Shown here: positions 29,031 through 42,198 of the stretch, piece by piece
Layout: each line of letters opens with the position of its first letter
How positions within the stretch are numbered: the stretch's first letter is position 1
From: Gallionella sp.
GTDB lineage: Bacteria; Pseudomonadota; Gammaproteobacteria; Burkholderiales; Gallionellaceae
Direction: 5' to 3'
Assembly (NCBI GenBank): GCA_013043965.1
Contig: JABEVF010000101.1
Span: 895-64,894 of the forward strand
Length of the DNA stretch: 64,000 bases
Position numbers and translations under genes: made by a program
Notes under the pieces: model-generated
What the model was told of the DNA's origin: nothing
What the model saw: only the letters and a program-made list of their open reading frames with translations
Databases searched by the model: none

Positions 29031-29162
29031 TTTGGTCTCCTTTTCGTTGTAAGTCGTAAGCGGGAAGTTGCAAGACGTAAGTCATGTTGTCGTTGCGCGA
29101 CTTAATGGTGGAGCTAATAAAAAACCTCCAGCATTAAAACTGCCAACTTACGTCTTACGACT

Positions 29163-30251
29163 TCAAACTGCCTTCCCATTTCTGGCAAACGGGTACTTCA
29201 CCACTCGCGCCGCCAGCATCTTATCGCGGATGGCGACTTGCACGGTGTCGCCGTTCTGCACGCCGTTCGGCACCCGTGCCAGCGCGATGGATTTCTCCAG
29301 TGTGGGCGAAAAGCTGCCGCTGGTGATCTCGCCCGCGCCGTGTGCGGTGTGCACTTGCTGATGGCCGCGCAGCACGCCGCGATCCAATAGCACTAGCCCG
29401 ACCAGTTTGCGGGCGGGCGGATTCGCCAGCAACGCACTCTTGCCGATGAAATCGCGCGCGCTCTTCAAATCGACCGTCCACGCGAGACCGGATTCCAGAG
29501 GGCCGACACTCTCGTCCATGTCTTGCCCGTAGAGATTCATGCCTGCCTCAAGCCGCAATGTATCGCGTGCGCCTAGCCCGATGGGTTTCACTCCTGCCGA
29601 GTTCAACGCGTACCAGAAGGTTTCCACTTTTTCCTTCGGCAGCATCACCTCGAAACCGTCTTCCCCGGTGTAGCCGGTGCGTGCCACGAAATACTCTCCG
29701 CAATCGGCGGCTTGAAAACCCTGCAAACCTTGGGTGGATGTTTGCGTGTGCGGCAAGACCTGCCACACCTTGGCGCGCGCGTTCGGCCCTTGGATGGCGA
29801 CCATAGCGAGGTCGTCGCGGGAGGTGATAGTGAGTCCCGGCGCGTGGGTGCCGGCTTGTTGTTTCATCCAGGCGATGTCCTTGTCCGCCGTGCCCGCATT
29901 CACCACGACGCGGAACCACCGCTCGGTCATAAAGTAAATGATGAGATCGTCGATCACGCCGCCGTCCGGGCGCAGCATGACGGAATACAGCGCTTTACCG
30001 GGCAGGGTGATCTTGTCGGCATTGTTCGCCAGCAAATAGCGCAGGAAGGCGCGCACACCGTTGCCCTTTATGTCCACGACGCGCATGTGGCACACATCGA
30101 ACATGCCGCAGTCGTTGCGCACTTGGTGATGCTCGTCGATCTGCGAACCGTAATTGACTGGCATGTCCCAGCCACCGAAATCCACCATCTTCGCGCCCAT
30201 CTCCCGGTGCGCGGCATTGAGGGGCGTCTGTTTAAGAGTCGTCATGTTCAC
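29163..30251 (-). CDS. gcvT: glycine cleavage system aminomethyltransferase T
   Basis: 362 aa with [37 protein letters not shown], typical of GcvT. It is the first gene behind the glycine riboswitch. Confidence 0.95.
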   Translation of the reverse strand: MNMTTLKQTPLNAAHREMGAKMVDFGGWDMPVNYGSQIDEHHQVRNDCGMFDVCHMRVVDIKGNGVRAFLRYLLANNADKITLPGKALYSVMLRPDGGVIDDLIIYFMTERWFRVVVNAGTADKDIAWMKQQAGTHAPGLTITSRDDLAMVAIQGPNARAKVWQVLPHTQTSTQGLQGFQAADCGEYFVARTGYTGEDGFEVMLPKEKVETFWYALNSAGVKPIGLGARDTLRLEAGMNLYGQDMDESVGPLESGLAWTVDLKSARDFIGKSALLANPPARKLVGLVLLDRGVLRGHQQVHTAHGAGEITSGSFSPTLEKSIALARVPNGVQNGDTVQVAIRDKMLAARVVKYPFARNGKAV

Positions 30252-30348
30252 TTTCAGATATCTAGAGTTTGCGAGCTTTTGCTTATCTGCGAAATGCCTG
30301 CCTGGGTCGCTTCAGTGCGGATTCGCCGCTAAGTTTAGTCATAGCTAC

Positions 30349-30390
30349 AATAAAAATAAAAAGGCGCAGCGCGAAATCGCGCTGCGCCCC
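30349..30390 (-). terminator. intrinsic terminator acting as the glycine-riboswitch expression platform
   Basis: The minus strand reads GGCGCAGCGCG-AUUU-CGCGCUGCGCC (plus-strand arms 30363..30373 and 30378..30388) followed by UUUUUAUUUUUAUU. It lies between aptamer 2 and the gcvT start. Confidence 0.8.
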
Positions 30391-30392
30391 AT

Positions 30393-30555
30393 CTGTCCTT
30401 GATACCTGAGAGATTACGGATGAACCGCGTGCCCCTTCGGTGGCTGCTTGCGCAGCACTCTCCAGATTTGCCTGTTCCGATTGGTTCTTGAGCCTGAGCG
30501 GTTACGGGTGTTGCGCCTTCGGCGATGCCAAAAATCGGCATGCTCTCCCAGTCGG
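30393..30555 (-). promoter_or_regulatory. tandem glycine riboswitch (two aptamers)
   Basis: Minus-strand aptamer 1 (about 30474..30552): CUGGGAGAGCAUGCCGAUUUUUGGCAUCGCCGAAGGCGCAACACCCGUAACCGCUCAGGCUCAAGAACC. Aptamer 2 (about 30393..30466): CUGGAGAGUGCUGCGCAAGCAGCCACCGAAGGGGCACGCGG..UCUCAGGUAUCAAGGACAG. Both carry the conserved GGAGAG, CCGAAGG(G/C)GCA and CUCAGG..A(A/G)GA(A/C)C blocks. Confidence 0.9.
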
Positions 30556-30651
30556 TTTGAACGGCAGACGAATTATGCCGCAACAAATATATTTTTGCGC
30601 GGGGAATTCGCGCGCCAGCGATTCGATACCGGCAAAACTAAGGAGCGGATG

Positions 30652-31536
30652 TTATCGGGTCGACGGATAGAGCACCACCAAACGATAACCGTTCGGATTG
30701 AGGTCTGTCGTATCCAGCAACAACTTGAGGCTGAGCTCGTGATCGGGTTGCAATCCTGTCTGCTCATTTTCGAGCGGCGGCAAATAATCCGCAGGCTTGA
30801 ATGTCCGTCGCGCGACGGGTTTGTCTTGCCTGTCGTTGAGTGTCAATTCCAGATCAGGATAGGCAAGCGGGTAACTGGCGCGATTGCGCAACAATGCGTT
30901 CAAGGTGATTTGTGCGGCATTGCCGGGATCGGCTTCCAGACTCGATGACTCGATACTCATCAAATCACTCCTCTGCGGCAAGGAAACCGTACAAGCGAGC
31001 AATGCGCAAAATCTCACCAACACCGGTTTCGTGTCGGGCATGCGCGCGGCAATTTCTGCACGAAAGAAGTAAGCGGTTTGACCAAGCAAAGTCAACGCGA
31101 GCAGTAATGTGAAGGTCACCCATAGCCAAGCGCGTTTTTTGTGCGGCGCAACCATGAACCCCTCCTCTTCCGCCGCTTCTACCCGCTCGGCCAGAATCAG
31201 GTCTTTATCATCCTCCTCCAATGTGTCTTGCACCGATGATACGGCGGCATCCATAGCGTATGCGGAACTCAGAAAATCCAGATTTTCTGGATGATGTTCA
31301 TCATCCACCGTGCTTGCAGGCCCATTATTTTCTTGAACAATCAGCGGTTCTTCGGTGTCGACCGGCAACATCTCCAACTCGAGCTGGGGATGCGGCGTAT
31401 CGGGAATGAAATTGGGCCGGGCATCGAAGGCTTGCAGGCAATGTCCGCAACGCACCATACCCTGATGTACCTCTAACTGGGAAACAGCGATCTTGAAACG
31501 CGTTTCGCAGTGCGGGCAAAGTGTCGTTCCGTCCAT
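30652..31536 (-). CDS. MJ0042-type zinc-ribbon and DUF3426 domain protein
   Basis: N-terminus TLCPHCETRFKIAVSQLEVHQGMVRCGHCLQAFDA, one TM segment and a C-terminal DUF3426-like region. It has the usual position downstream of prmA. Confidence 0.85.
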   Translation of the reverse strand: MDGTTLCPHCETRFKIAVSQLEVHQGMVRCGHCLQAFDARPNFIPDTPHPQLELEMLPVDTEEPLIVQENNGPASTVDDEHHPENLDFLSSAYAMDAAVSSVQDTLEEDDKDLILAERVEAAEEEGFMVAPHKKRAWLWVTFTLLLALTLLGQTAYFFRAEIAARMPDTKPVLVRFCALLACTVSLPQRSDLMSIESSSLEADPGNAAQITLNALLRNRASYPLAYPDLELTLNDRQDKPVARRTFKPADYLPPLENEQTGLQPDHELSLKLLLDTTDLNPNGYRLVVLYPSTR

Positions 31537-31548
31537 ACTGGTCCGCTC

Positions 31549-32442
31549 CTAACGCTTACGCCCGGATAGACACGACCACCCATCTTCGAATACGGGTGGG
31601 TTGAAGTCGAACCATTGCCGGTAAATCGCCATCACATCGTCTGCCTGTTCCTGCAAGATGCCGGATAAAACGATCTGCCCGCCCGATCTGGTCGCACCGG
31701 CGAGCAGCGGAGCCAGCACGCGCAAGGGGTTGGTCAAGATATTCGCCAGCACCAGATCATAAATCGCCTGCGGGACTGCGCCCGGCAAATAAAATTGAAC
31801 ATTCTCTACTTGGTTGGCCAGGGCGTTGTCATGGCTGGCGATCACGGCTTGTTTGTCCACATCGACCCCAACCGCGCCGGCCGCGCCCAACTTGAGTGCG
31901 GCGATCGCCAATATGCCGGAACCGCAACCGTAATCGAGTACGCTCACACCTTTGGGCAGATAGCTATCCAACCAGCGCAAACACAAGCGCGTGGTCGGAT
32001 GGCTGCCCGTGCCGAATGCCAAGCCTGGGTCCAGCACGATGTTGATAGCCGTCGGATCGGAAGGCACATGCCAAGTCGGCACGATCCATAAACGCGGTGA
32101 AATCGGGATAGGTTCGAATTGCGCCTGGGTCAAACGCACCCAGTCGTTGTCGGCCAGTGTTTCGACACGATGTTCAGGTAATTGTCCGAGCCCGATTGCG
32201 GTCGCTGCCGCTTGCAAGATAGCGCGCACATCCTGATCGTTGTCGAACAGGGCACTGATACGATTGTGTTGCCACACTCCCGGAGGCGGCTCGCCGGGTT
32301 CGCCGAAGATCGCCTGCTCATCTGGCGTGTCCGCATCCGCGTCCAACAAATCAACCGACAGCGCACCGCGATCCAACAACGCTTCGCTTAAAGCCTCGGC
32401 GTGCTGGGCATCGGTATCGGCGATCAAAGTTAACCAAGCCAT
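31549..32442 (-). CDS. prmA: ribosomal protein L11 methyltransferase
   Basis: GLAFGTGSHPTTRLCLRWL and VLDYGCGSGILAIAA motifs. Its ATG overlaps the accC stop (TAATG). Confidence 0.93.
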   Translation of the reverse strand: MAWLTLIADTDAQHAEALSEALLDRGALSVDLLDADADTPDEQAIFGEPGEPPPGVWQHNRISALFDNDQDVRAILQAAATAIGLGQLPEHRVETLADNDWVRLTQAQFEPIPISPRLWIVPTWHVPSDPTAINIVLDPGLAFGTGSHPTTRLCLRWLDSYLPKGVSVLDYGCGSGILAIAALKLGAAGAVGVDVDKQAVIASHDNALANQVENVQFYLPGAVPQAIYDLVLANILTNPLRVLAPLLAGATRSGGQIVLSGILQEQADDVMAIYRQWFDFNPPVFEDGWSCLSGRKR

Positions 32443-33797
32443 TATTTCGCTTTGTTGCGTTCGGCCAGACGTTCTTCCAGGTAATGGATACTCGTTCCGC
32501 CGCGAATGAAAGCCGCGTCCTGCAACAGTTCGCGATGCAGTGCAACATTGGTTTCAATGCCTTCCACAGCCATTTCCGACAGTGCGGTACGCATCCTTGC
32601 CATCGCCTGTTCACGAGTATCACCGTAGGCGATCAGCTTGCCTATCATCGAATCGTAATGGGGCGGTACAAAGTAGTTAGCATACACATGCGAATCGACG
32701 CGTATGCCGGGGCCGCCGGGCATATGCCAAATGGTGATACGACCCGGAGAAGGCGTAAATTTATAGGGGTGTTCGGCGTTGATGCGACACTCGATCGCAT
32801 GGCCACGGAACTGGATGTCTTTTTGGCGGAACGGCAGCTTCTCTCCTGCAGCGATGCGGATCTGCTGTTGCACGATGTCAATCCCCGTGATCATTTCCGT
32901 CACCGGGTGTTCAACTTGCACACGGGTGTTCATTTCGATGAAAAAGAACTCGCCGTTTTCATACAAGAACTCGAACGTACCCGCGCCGCGATAGCCGATT
33001 TTGCGACAAGCCTCGGCACAACGTTCGCCGATCTTGTTGCGCATCTTTGTATCCAACAACGGAGCGGGGGCTTCTTCCAGTATTTTCTGGTGGCGGCGTT
33101 GCATCGAACAGTCGCGCTCACCCAGATACACGGCGTTACCGTGCTGATCGGCCAATATTTGAAATTCAATATGACGCGGATTTTCCAAAAACTTTTCCAT
33201 GTACACCATGGGGTTGTTGAAGGCCGCCTGCGCTTCGCTCTTGGTCATGGTCACCGCATTGAGCAGCGCCGCTTCGGTATGCACCACGCGCATACCGCGT
33301 CCGCCGCCGCCGCCGGAGGCTTTGATGATGACCGGATAACCGATACTGCGAGCGATCTTGATGATTTCGGCGGGGTCGTCCGGCAACGCGCCTTCCACGC
33401 CCGGAACGCAAGGCACACCGGCTTTTTTCATGGCGATTTTGGCGGAGACTTTGTCACCCATCAAACGGATAGTTTCAGCACGGGGGCCGATAAACACGAA
33501 GCCGGATTTTTCCACTCGCTCGGAGAAATCCGCATTTTCCGAGAGAAAGCCGTAACCGGGATGAATAGCCTGCGCATCGGTCACTTCCGCCGCGCTGATG
33601 ATCGCGGGGATACTCAGATAACTTTGCGACGAGGCCGCAGGACCGATACAGACCGACTCGTCCGCAAGCTTGACATACTTGGCATCGGCATCCGCCTCGG
33701 AGTGCACGACCACGGTTTTAATGCCGAGTTCGCGGCATGCACGCTGAATGCGTAGGGCGATTTCGCCACGATTGGCGATGAGGATTTTTTCAAACAT
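32442..33797 (-). CDS. accC: acetyl-CoA carboxylase biotin carboxylase subunit
   Basis: Starts at ATG 33797 ([17 protein letters not shown]..). It has an ATP-grasp core and [14 protein letters not shown]. Confidence 0.96.
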   Translation of the reverse strand: MFEKILIANRGEIALRIQRACRELGIKTVVVHSEADADAKYVKLADESVCIGPAASSQSYLSIPAIISAAEVTDAQAIHPGYGFLSENADFSERVEKSGFVFIGPRAETIRLMGDKVSAKIAMKKAGVPCVPGVEGALPDDPAEIIKIARSIGYPVIIKASGGGGGRGMRVVHTEAALLNAVTMTKSEAQAAFNNPMVYMEKFLENPRHIEFQILADQHGNAVYLGERDCSMQRRHQKILEEAPAPLLDTKMRNKIGERCAEACRKIGYRGAGTFEFLYENGEFFFIEMNTRVQVEHPVTEMITGIDIVQQQIRIAAGEKLPFRQKDIQFRGHAIECRINAEHPYKFTPSPGRITIWHMPGGPGIRVDSHVYANYFVPPHYDSMIGKLIAYGDTREQAMARMRTALSEMAVEGIETNVALHRELLQDAAFIRGGTSIHYLEERLAERNKAK

Positions 33798-33853
33798 GAT
33801 TATGGACTCCGAGCTTGGGCGCAGCAGCAAACGCGCGCCGTCGCGTTGTTGGA

Positions 33854-34312
33854 TTAACCGATGACGAATAGCGGTTGACCAAATTCCACAGGCTGACCGT
33901 TCTCCACGAGAATCGCTTTGATCACCCCGGCTTGATCCGAATCTATCTCATTGAGCAGCTTCATCGCCTCAATGATGCACAAGGTGTCACCGCTATTCAC
34001 GTTTTGACCGACATCGACGAACGGCTTCGAACCCGGCGAGGCAGAACGGTAAAACGTGCCCACCATAGGAGACTTGACCACGTGTCCTTCGGCAACCGCT
34101 GGCTTGGCGGCTTCCACAGGAGAGGCGGCAACAGCGACCACCGGAACGGGAGCACTCGCCATCACCTGCTGAGGAGCAGAAGAATACATTTGTTGGCCGG
34201 CACCAACGGTACGGGTGATGCGCACCCGCTCTTCGCCTTCACTGATTTCCAGTTCGGCGATGCCGGAACCTTCCACCAGCTCGATCAGTGTTTTCAATTT
34301 CCGCAAATCCAT
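33854..34312 (-). CDS. accB: acetyl-CoA carboxylase biotin carboxyl carrier protein
   Basis: Biotinylation motif [12 protein letters not shown] and a Pro/Ala linker. 152 aa. Confidence 0.95.
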   Translation of the reverse strand: MDLRKLKTLIELVEGSGIAELEISEGEERVRITRTVGAGQQMYSSAPQQVMASAPVPVVAVAASPVEAAKPAVAEGHVVKSPMVGTFYRSASPGSKPFVDVGQNVNSGDTLCIIEAMKLLNEIDSDQAGVIKAILVENGQPVEFGQPLFVIG

Positions 34313-34322
34313 TGTTAACCCC

Positions 34323-34787
34323 TTATAGTTTTTTATAACTCAGTGCATATTGCACTGCAAATTCGTAGCCCTTTTCCCCTAGGCCGCTGATGACACCGAC
34401 AGCCAGATCAGAAAAAAATGATTTTTTACGAAATGCTTCGCGCGCATGCACGTTGGAAAGATGCACCTCGATGAACGGGATATCCACGGCCGCCAGTGCG
34501 TCACGCAACGCGACGCTGGTATGGGTAAAAGCCGCCGGATTGATAACGATGAACCGCGTCCCATCATTACGCGCTTGATGGATGCGTTCCAACAAGGCCG
34601 CCTCAGAGTTACTTTGGAAGCAATGCACAACAGCTGCATGTTTGCCGGCTAATGCCAGCAAATTGGCGTTAATTTCCGCTAACGTGGTGTGGCCATATAT
34701 CGCTGGCTCGCGGCTTCCGAGCAAGTTTAGGTTGGGCCCATGCAGCACCAAGACGTTGTTCGCGGGGTTCGCAGTACTCGTTTTCAT
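34323..34787 (-). CDS. aroQ: type II 3-dehydroquinate dehydratase
   Basis: [21 protein letters not shown] ... [17 protein letters not shown] ... [14 protein letters not shown]. Confidence 0.95.
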   Translation of the reverse strand: MKTSTANPANNVLVLHGPNLNLLGSREPAIYGHTTLAEINANLLALAGKHAAVVHCFQSNSEAALLERIHQARNDGTRFIVINPAAFTHTSVALRDALAAVDIPFIEVHLSNVHAREAFRKKSFFSDLAVGVISGLGEKGYEFAVQYALSYKKL

Positions 34788-34851
34788 GCGCGCAGTTTGC
34801 CGTAAATTGGGGTGAGTTGTCTAGGTTTTTTCCGAAGATAGGCAGAAAACA

Positions 34852-36669
34852 TTACAGCTTGACGTTTTGTAGGCTTTTAACAAATTGCGCCGCATCTTGA
34901 TAACCCACCACGCGCGCGTCTTGAACCTCTTTGCCTTGTGCATCAAAAAATAACGTGGCAGGTGGACCGAACAAACCATATTGCTTGAGCAATACTTTGT
35001 CCTCCAGCGTGTTAGCGGTCACATCCACTTGCAGCAGGACGGCCGATTTTAGCCTGGCTTGCACCGCCGGATCGGTGAACGTGTAACGCTCCATCTCTTT
35101 GCAAGACACACACCAGTCCGCATAAAAATCCAGCACCACGGTTTTACTGCCCGCACCTGCAATGCGCCTATCCAAATCGGCTAAATCTTTGATACGGCCC
35201 CATTGCAATGGGGCCGTGCTAGCCAGCTCGGCTTTCCCTATAGCGCCCAGTGGTCGCAATATGTCGCGGGCACCAGATAACGCGCCTACCAAATAAGATA
35301 TACCCAACAGTAACAGCAGCAGCCCAACGCCTTTGCGCATTTTGTGCCAGCCGCTAGCATGTTGCGGCAGCGCATCCAACGCGTGTAGATAAGCCGCCGT
35401 GAGTATCAGCAGCAATGCCCACAACAACATTTGCACACCGATCGGCAATAGGGGTTGAACAATCCAAATGGCCAAGGCCAACAGCATGACGCCGAAGAAT
35501 CGTTTGACTGCATCCATCCAGGCACCAGCTTTGGGTAACAACACAGCCGCGGAGGTGCCTATCAGTAACAGCGGCGCCCCCATGCCCAAGGCCAGTGCGA
35601 ACAGCGCCATGCCACCTAATACGGCATCGTGCGTTTGGCTGATATAAAGCAAGGCACCGGCCAAAGGGGCGGCAACACATGGCCCCATGATGATGGCGGA
35701 CAATGCGCCCATGATGAACACACCGCTCAAATGCCCGCCATGCAAGCGGTTGCTGGTATCGGCCAGCTTGCTTTGCAGCGCAGTGGGCAGCTGCAGTTCA
35801 TACAAACCGAACATGGACAGCGACAACAACACGAACACTGCGGCAAAGCTGCCCAGCACCCAGGGGGTTTGAAGCGCATTAGAAATCAAGTCACCGGAAA
35901 AACCAGCGGCCACACCCGCCAGTGCGTAAGTGATCGCCATGCCCAACACATAGGACAACGACAGGATAAAGGCATGGACTTTGGTGATGCGATGGCCGCG
36001 CCCGACGATGATACCGGACAGAATCGGAATCATCGGAAACACGCACGGTGTAAATGCCAGTAAGAATCCGGCTCCAAAGAAAAACGTCACTACCAGCCAG
36101 AAACTGCCGCTCTTAAAAAGCTGTTTGATCTTGGAATCTTCTGTGGGGACAGCCAAAGCCTCGGGGGCTTTCAGGCTGGAAAGGCCAGGCACTGCAGCCT
36201 GCGCCAGGCTGGCGGGCAAATTGAGCACGAACGTTTTTTCTATCGGGGGATAGCACAAACCCTGTTCGCTACAGCCTTGATACTCCACTACCAGCGAGAT
36301 TTTATCTTGAGGCCGCGCGGCGATAAGCGGAATTCCCGCCCGAAACGAATGATGGAACACTTCCATTGCGCCAAAGTTGGGATCTTGTTTGATTTCGCCT
36401 TTTGGGAAGCTTGGCTCGGAAAACTTGATCGCATCATCCAGCGGTTTGAAAATGATCTTGTTGCGATACAGATAATATCCCGGCGTAATGCTGAAGTTTG
36501 CTTGCAGGGTATTAGCGTCCTGAGCCAACACGGAAAGTTTGAAGGCTTGATCGGGTACCAGAAAAACCGGTTTCTTGTTGCCTCCCAAGAGTGGCAGCCG
36601 ATCAAGAAGGCTTTCCGCATGCACTTGCGTGTTCAACAAATAAAGCAAAATAAGACCAGCAAAACGCAT
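34852..36669 (-). CDS. dsbD: thiol:disulfide interchange protein DsbD
   Basis: Signal peptide, N-terminal DsbD-alpha domain (YQGCSEQGLCYPP), a central TM domain with CVFPM and GPCVAAP motifs, and a C-terminal thioredoxin motif WCVSC. Confidence 0.9.
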   Translation of the reverse strand: MRFAGLILLYLLNTQVHAESLLDRLPLLGGNKKPVFLVPDQAFKLSVLAQDANTLQANFSITPGYYLYRNKIIFKPLDDAIKFSEPSFPKGEIKQDPNFGAMEVFHHSFRAGIPLIAARPQDKISLVVEYQGCSEQGLCYPPIEKTFVLNLPASLAQAAVPGLSSLKAPEALAVPTEDSKIKQLFKSGSFWLVVTFFFGAGFLLAFTPCVFPMIPILSGIIVGRGHRITKVHAFILSLSYVLGMAITYALAGVAAGFSGDLISNALQTPWVLGSFAAVFVLLSLSMFGLYELQLPTALQSKLADTSNRLHGGHLSGVFIMGALSAIIMGPCVAAPLAGALLYISQTHDAVLGGMALFALALGMGAPLLLIGTSAAVLLPKAGAWMDAVKRFFGVMLLALAIWIVQPLLPIGVQMLLWALLLILTAAYLHALDALPQHASGWHKMRKGVGLLLLLLGISYLVGALSGARDILRPLGAIGKAELASTAPLQWGRIKDLADLDRRIAGAGSKTVVLDFYADWCVSCKEMERYTFTDPAVQARLKSAVLLQVDVTANTLEDKVLLKQYGLFGPPATLFFDAQGKEVQDARVVGYQDAAQFVKSLQNVKL

Positions 36670-36672
36670 AGA

Positions 36673-37002
36673 TTATTCCTTGAGAGTTTGGGTTTCAGTA
36701 TTCACCCACTGCAAATATTCGGGCAAAGCCTCCGTCACTGGGAGCGCGACTATATCGGGAAGTTCATAGGGATGCGAGGCGAGAATCAAATTTTCAAGCC
36801 GCGCATAAGCTGCCCGGGTAGTCTTGATCAGCAAAGGGAACTCTATCGCCGTTTCAATCTTGTCCTGCCAGCGATAGACCGATGTGCAAGGTGCAAGCCG
36901 GTTCACGCAGGCCGCCGCATGCGCCGCGATGATTTGCCTCGCGAGCGCGTCAGCAGAGGCTGCGTCCGGCATGTGTGTGATTACGAGCAGAACCTCGGTC
37001 AT
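36673..37002 (-). CDS. cutA: divalent-cation tolerance protein CutA
   Basis: ATG 37002 overlaps the holA stop (ATGA). The protein carries AACVNRLAPCTSVYRWQDKIE....HPYELPDIVALPV. Confidence 0.88.
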   Translation of the reverse strand: MTEVLLVITHMPDAASADALARQIIAAHAAACVNRLAPCTSVYRWQDKIETAIEFPLLIKTTRAAYARLENLILASHPYELPDIVALPVTEALPEYLQWVNTETQTLKE

Positions 37003-38012
37003 GTTATTTTTGCGAAGCGCAGACCCAATTGCAACAATTCGTCCCATACATCCCCCGCCCGCAAGCCTTTTATAGTCTTGTCGAGACGCGCCGCCTGTTG
37101 CAAAGCGCGTTCGATGTGGGCGAATTTAACCCGGCGCGCGGCATTCTCGATCTGGCTCAGGCTAGCACCCCAGATACGCGCATCGCGCATCGCATTGCTG
37201 ATATTGCTACCGCGTTGCATGGCTTGCAACACCCGCCCCAACTTTCTGATGTCTTCACTCATCGCCCACAACACCAGCACGGTGGCCATGCCTTCCGCGC
37301 GCAACCCGTCAAGTATGCGTGCGAACCTTGCTGCATTACCGCTTAACATCGCCTCGGAAAGCTTGCTGATATCGTAACGCGCCACATCCATAACTGCGTC
37401 CTTCACTTGCTCAAAAGACAACAATCCTGGCGGATACAGCAGCGCGAGTTTTTGTATTTCTTGGAAAGCGGCCAGCAGATTACCTTCCGAACGATCCGCC
37501 AAAAACTCCAATGTGACGGGTTCCGCGCTTTGCCCTTGGCGTTTTAAACGGCCAGCCAGCCAGCCGGGCAGCGCGCTACGTGGAATATCATCGGCCTGGA
37601 TGACCACACTTTTCTGGTGTAGCGCAACGAACCATTTGCTGTTCTGCGTGGCCTTGTCGAGCTTGGGCAAACTTATCAAAGTGAGGATGTCGGAGCTTAA
37701 GTTCGCAACATATTCTTGCAGGGCTTGCGCGCCTTCCACCCCGGGTTTTCCGGAAGGAATCCGGATGTCCACCATTTTACGCTCGGCAAATAACGACAAA
37801 CTTTGCGTGCTGTTGCGCAACTCCGCCCATTTGAAGTATTGCTCGACAACAAAGGTTTCGCGTTCGCTGTAACCGTCTTTACGTGCGGCAGCCCGTATGC
37901 TGTCCGCTGCTTCAATAGCCAACAACAGCGCGTCTCCCGTCACGATATAGAGCGGCTTCAATCCGGCGGCCAAGTGACGGGGTAGATCTTCGCTGTTGAG
38001 AGTAGACATCAC
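36999..38012 (-). CDS. holA: DNA polymerase III delta subunit
   Basis: 337 aa (LKPLYIVTGDALLL...), placed in the conserved leuS-lptE-holA arrangement. Confidence 0.88.
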   Translation of the reverse strand: MMSTLNSEDLPRHLAAGLKPLYIVTGDALLLAIEAADSIRAAARKDGYSERETFVVEQYFKWAELRNSTQSLSLFAERKMVDIRIPSGKPGVEGAQALQEYVANLSSDILTLISLPKLDKATQNSKWFVALHQKSVVIQADDIPRSALPGWLAGRLKRQGQSAEPVTLEFLADRSEGNLLAAFQEIQKLALLYPPGLLSFEQVKDAVMDVARYDISKLSEAMLSGNAARFARILDGLRAEGMATVLVLWAMSEDIRKLGRVLQAMQRGSNISNAMRDARIWGASLSQIENAARRVKFAHIERALQQAARLDKTIKGLRAGDVWDELLQLGLRFAKIT

Positions 38013-38500
38013 TGCGCTTTCGGTGTGGTGTGACTCAGACGGCGCAGGATTTGCTGCACCATCTCCAGACGCATGCCCTGATAGAGCATATTCGCCTCTG
38101 CCTCTTTTGCAAGAATGATGTTGTTGTTGAAAGAGTAATTGCGGTACAGGACCATTTGCTCTGCCGGTATCCAGTCTTGCTGCTTGTTATCATATGCCCG
38201 CAATGAGACTCGGAAATGCAGCTCAAATTCATTCACCAGCCCATTACCACCCAATGTCAGAATTTGTTGGTCGGTAGTTTCGCTGGCGATATTGAGCACC
38301 ACATCCGCTTGTTCGGCCGTAGCGGCCAGCGTAACTTTGTTGACCAGCAGATTCCGGCGCAGCTCATTCACAAACCGAGAATTCAGATCCGGCGCGATTA
38401 TGAATATCGTTTTGAAAGGCATACCCTCCTGGCCACGCAAATGAAAACCGCACGCGCTTAGCAAGCACACTACCATAACGATTAGGGCGCGCCGGTTCAT
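38009..38500 (-). CDS. lptE: LPS assembly lipoprotein LptE
   Basis: Lipobox LLSACGFHLRG, 163 aa, between leuS and holA. Confidence 0.85.
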   Translation of the reverse strand: MNRRALIVMVVCLLSACGFHLRGQEGMPFKTIFIIAPDLNSRFVNELRRNLLVNKVTLAATAEQADVVLNIASETTDQQILTLGGNGLVNEFELHFRVSLRAYDNKQQDWIPAEQMVLYRNYSFNNNIILAKEAEANMLYQGMRLEMVQQILRRLSHTTPKAQ

Positions 38501-38502
38501 GC

Positions 38503-41190
<2,688 letters not shown>

Positions 41191-41224
41191 CTAAAAATAT
41201 TTGTGGCATTATAACGGTTCGACT

Positions 41225-42124
41225 ATGCACTGCGTTCACCTTCATTCTGCCTACTGCCGGGCAGTTAAATTGGAAGCGTCTTTTAAAATAGTAATTGCCT
41301 TTATTTTGCTGATGTTCACGATTTCTGTGCAAAGTGTGCAGATGCCTGCTTGGCTGCAACGGGACTCGGTTTCCCGGCCTTTAACCGTCGGCATGCTGCT
41401 AAGTAATGACGATAAGCTTATAACCGGTATAAATGCCCGGGTCTTGCTGCAAGCAGCAGACGGCAGTTCGATCAAACTGGGCGAGAACGCGATGCTTTCT
41501 CTTTCCAACCTCTCGCAACAACGTGACAACCAGCCATTGTTCACGGCCTTATTGGATGTGGCCAAAGGAGCGTTCCGCTTTACCACCTCTACGGTCGCGA
41601 AACTGAGGGCTCGTGAGATTTCGATCAAGGTAGCGGACGCGACGATAGGCATACGTGGTATCGGCGTTTGGGGTAAGGATGGTGACGATAAACGTTTAGT
41701 TTGTCTGATCGAGGGTAAGATTTCCGCAACCGGTGCAGACAAAAATGAGTTTTCCATGGACCAACCTTTGACCGTTTATAACATGCCCAAGGCTACCATT
41801 GCCTCAGGCATCGTCCCTGTCGATTCTGAGCAACTTGGGAAATGGGCGATGGAAACCGAAATCATTCCAGGCAACGGAGCTGCTGTCGCCGTAGGAAAAT
41901 GGAAAGTGATTCTGCTAAGTGCACCCGACCAAGCTGCTGCACTTGCGGCCTACGACACTTGGCGTAATGCGGGTTACGCGGTAAGGATAGTTCCTGTCAG
42001 CCAAGAAGGTAAACCTGCTTATACTTTGCGCATCGATCAGTTGCCGACTCATGCGGAAGCCTTAGCGTTAGCGAATTCACTTGTTGGAAAGTTCGGTGCA
42101 GTCAGCCCGACTGTTGCACGCTGA
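41225..42124 (+). CDS. FecR-domain and SPOR-domain protein
   Basis: Central FecR-like region (ARVLLQAADGSSIKLGENAML...AKGAFRFTT...ATIGIRGIGVWG) and a C-terminal SPOR-like region (WKVILLSAPDQAAALAAYDTWRNAGYAVRIVPV). The start is uncertain (ATG 41201, ATG 41225 or TTG 41270). Confidence 0.65.
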   Translation: MHCVHLHSAYCRAVKLEASFKIVIAFILLMFTISVQSVQMPAWLQRDSVSRPLTVGMLLSNDDKLITGINARVLLQAADGSSIKLGENAMLSLSNLSQQRDNQPLFTALLDVAKGAFRFTTSTVAKLRAREISIKVADATIGIRGIGVWGKDGDDKRLVCLIEGKISATGADKNEFSMDQPLTVYNMPKATIASGIVPVDSEQLGKWAMETEIIPGNGAAVAVGKWKVILLSAPDQAAALAAYDTWRNAGYAVRIVPVSQEGKPAYTLRIDQLPTHAEALALANSLVGKFGAVSPTVAR

Positions 42125-42198
42125 TTTCAGCAGGGTTAAACCTCTGTTAGAATCGCGGCCTAAAATTTTTATAATACTTCTGAGAGGATCATCAAACC

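Noticed and set aside
32110-32125. tRNA-like T-loop strings: ggttcgaat at about 32111 in prmA and ggttcaaatcc at about 63863 in the peroxidase gene.
   Set aside because: Both lie inside confidently called coding sequence. No acceptor or anticodon stems can be drawn around them.
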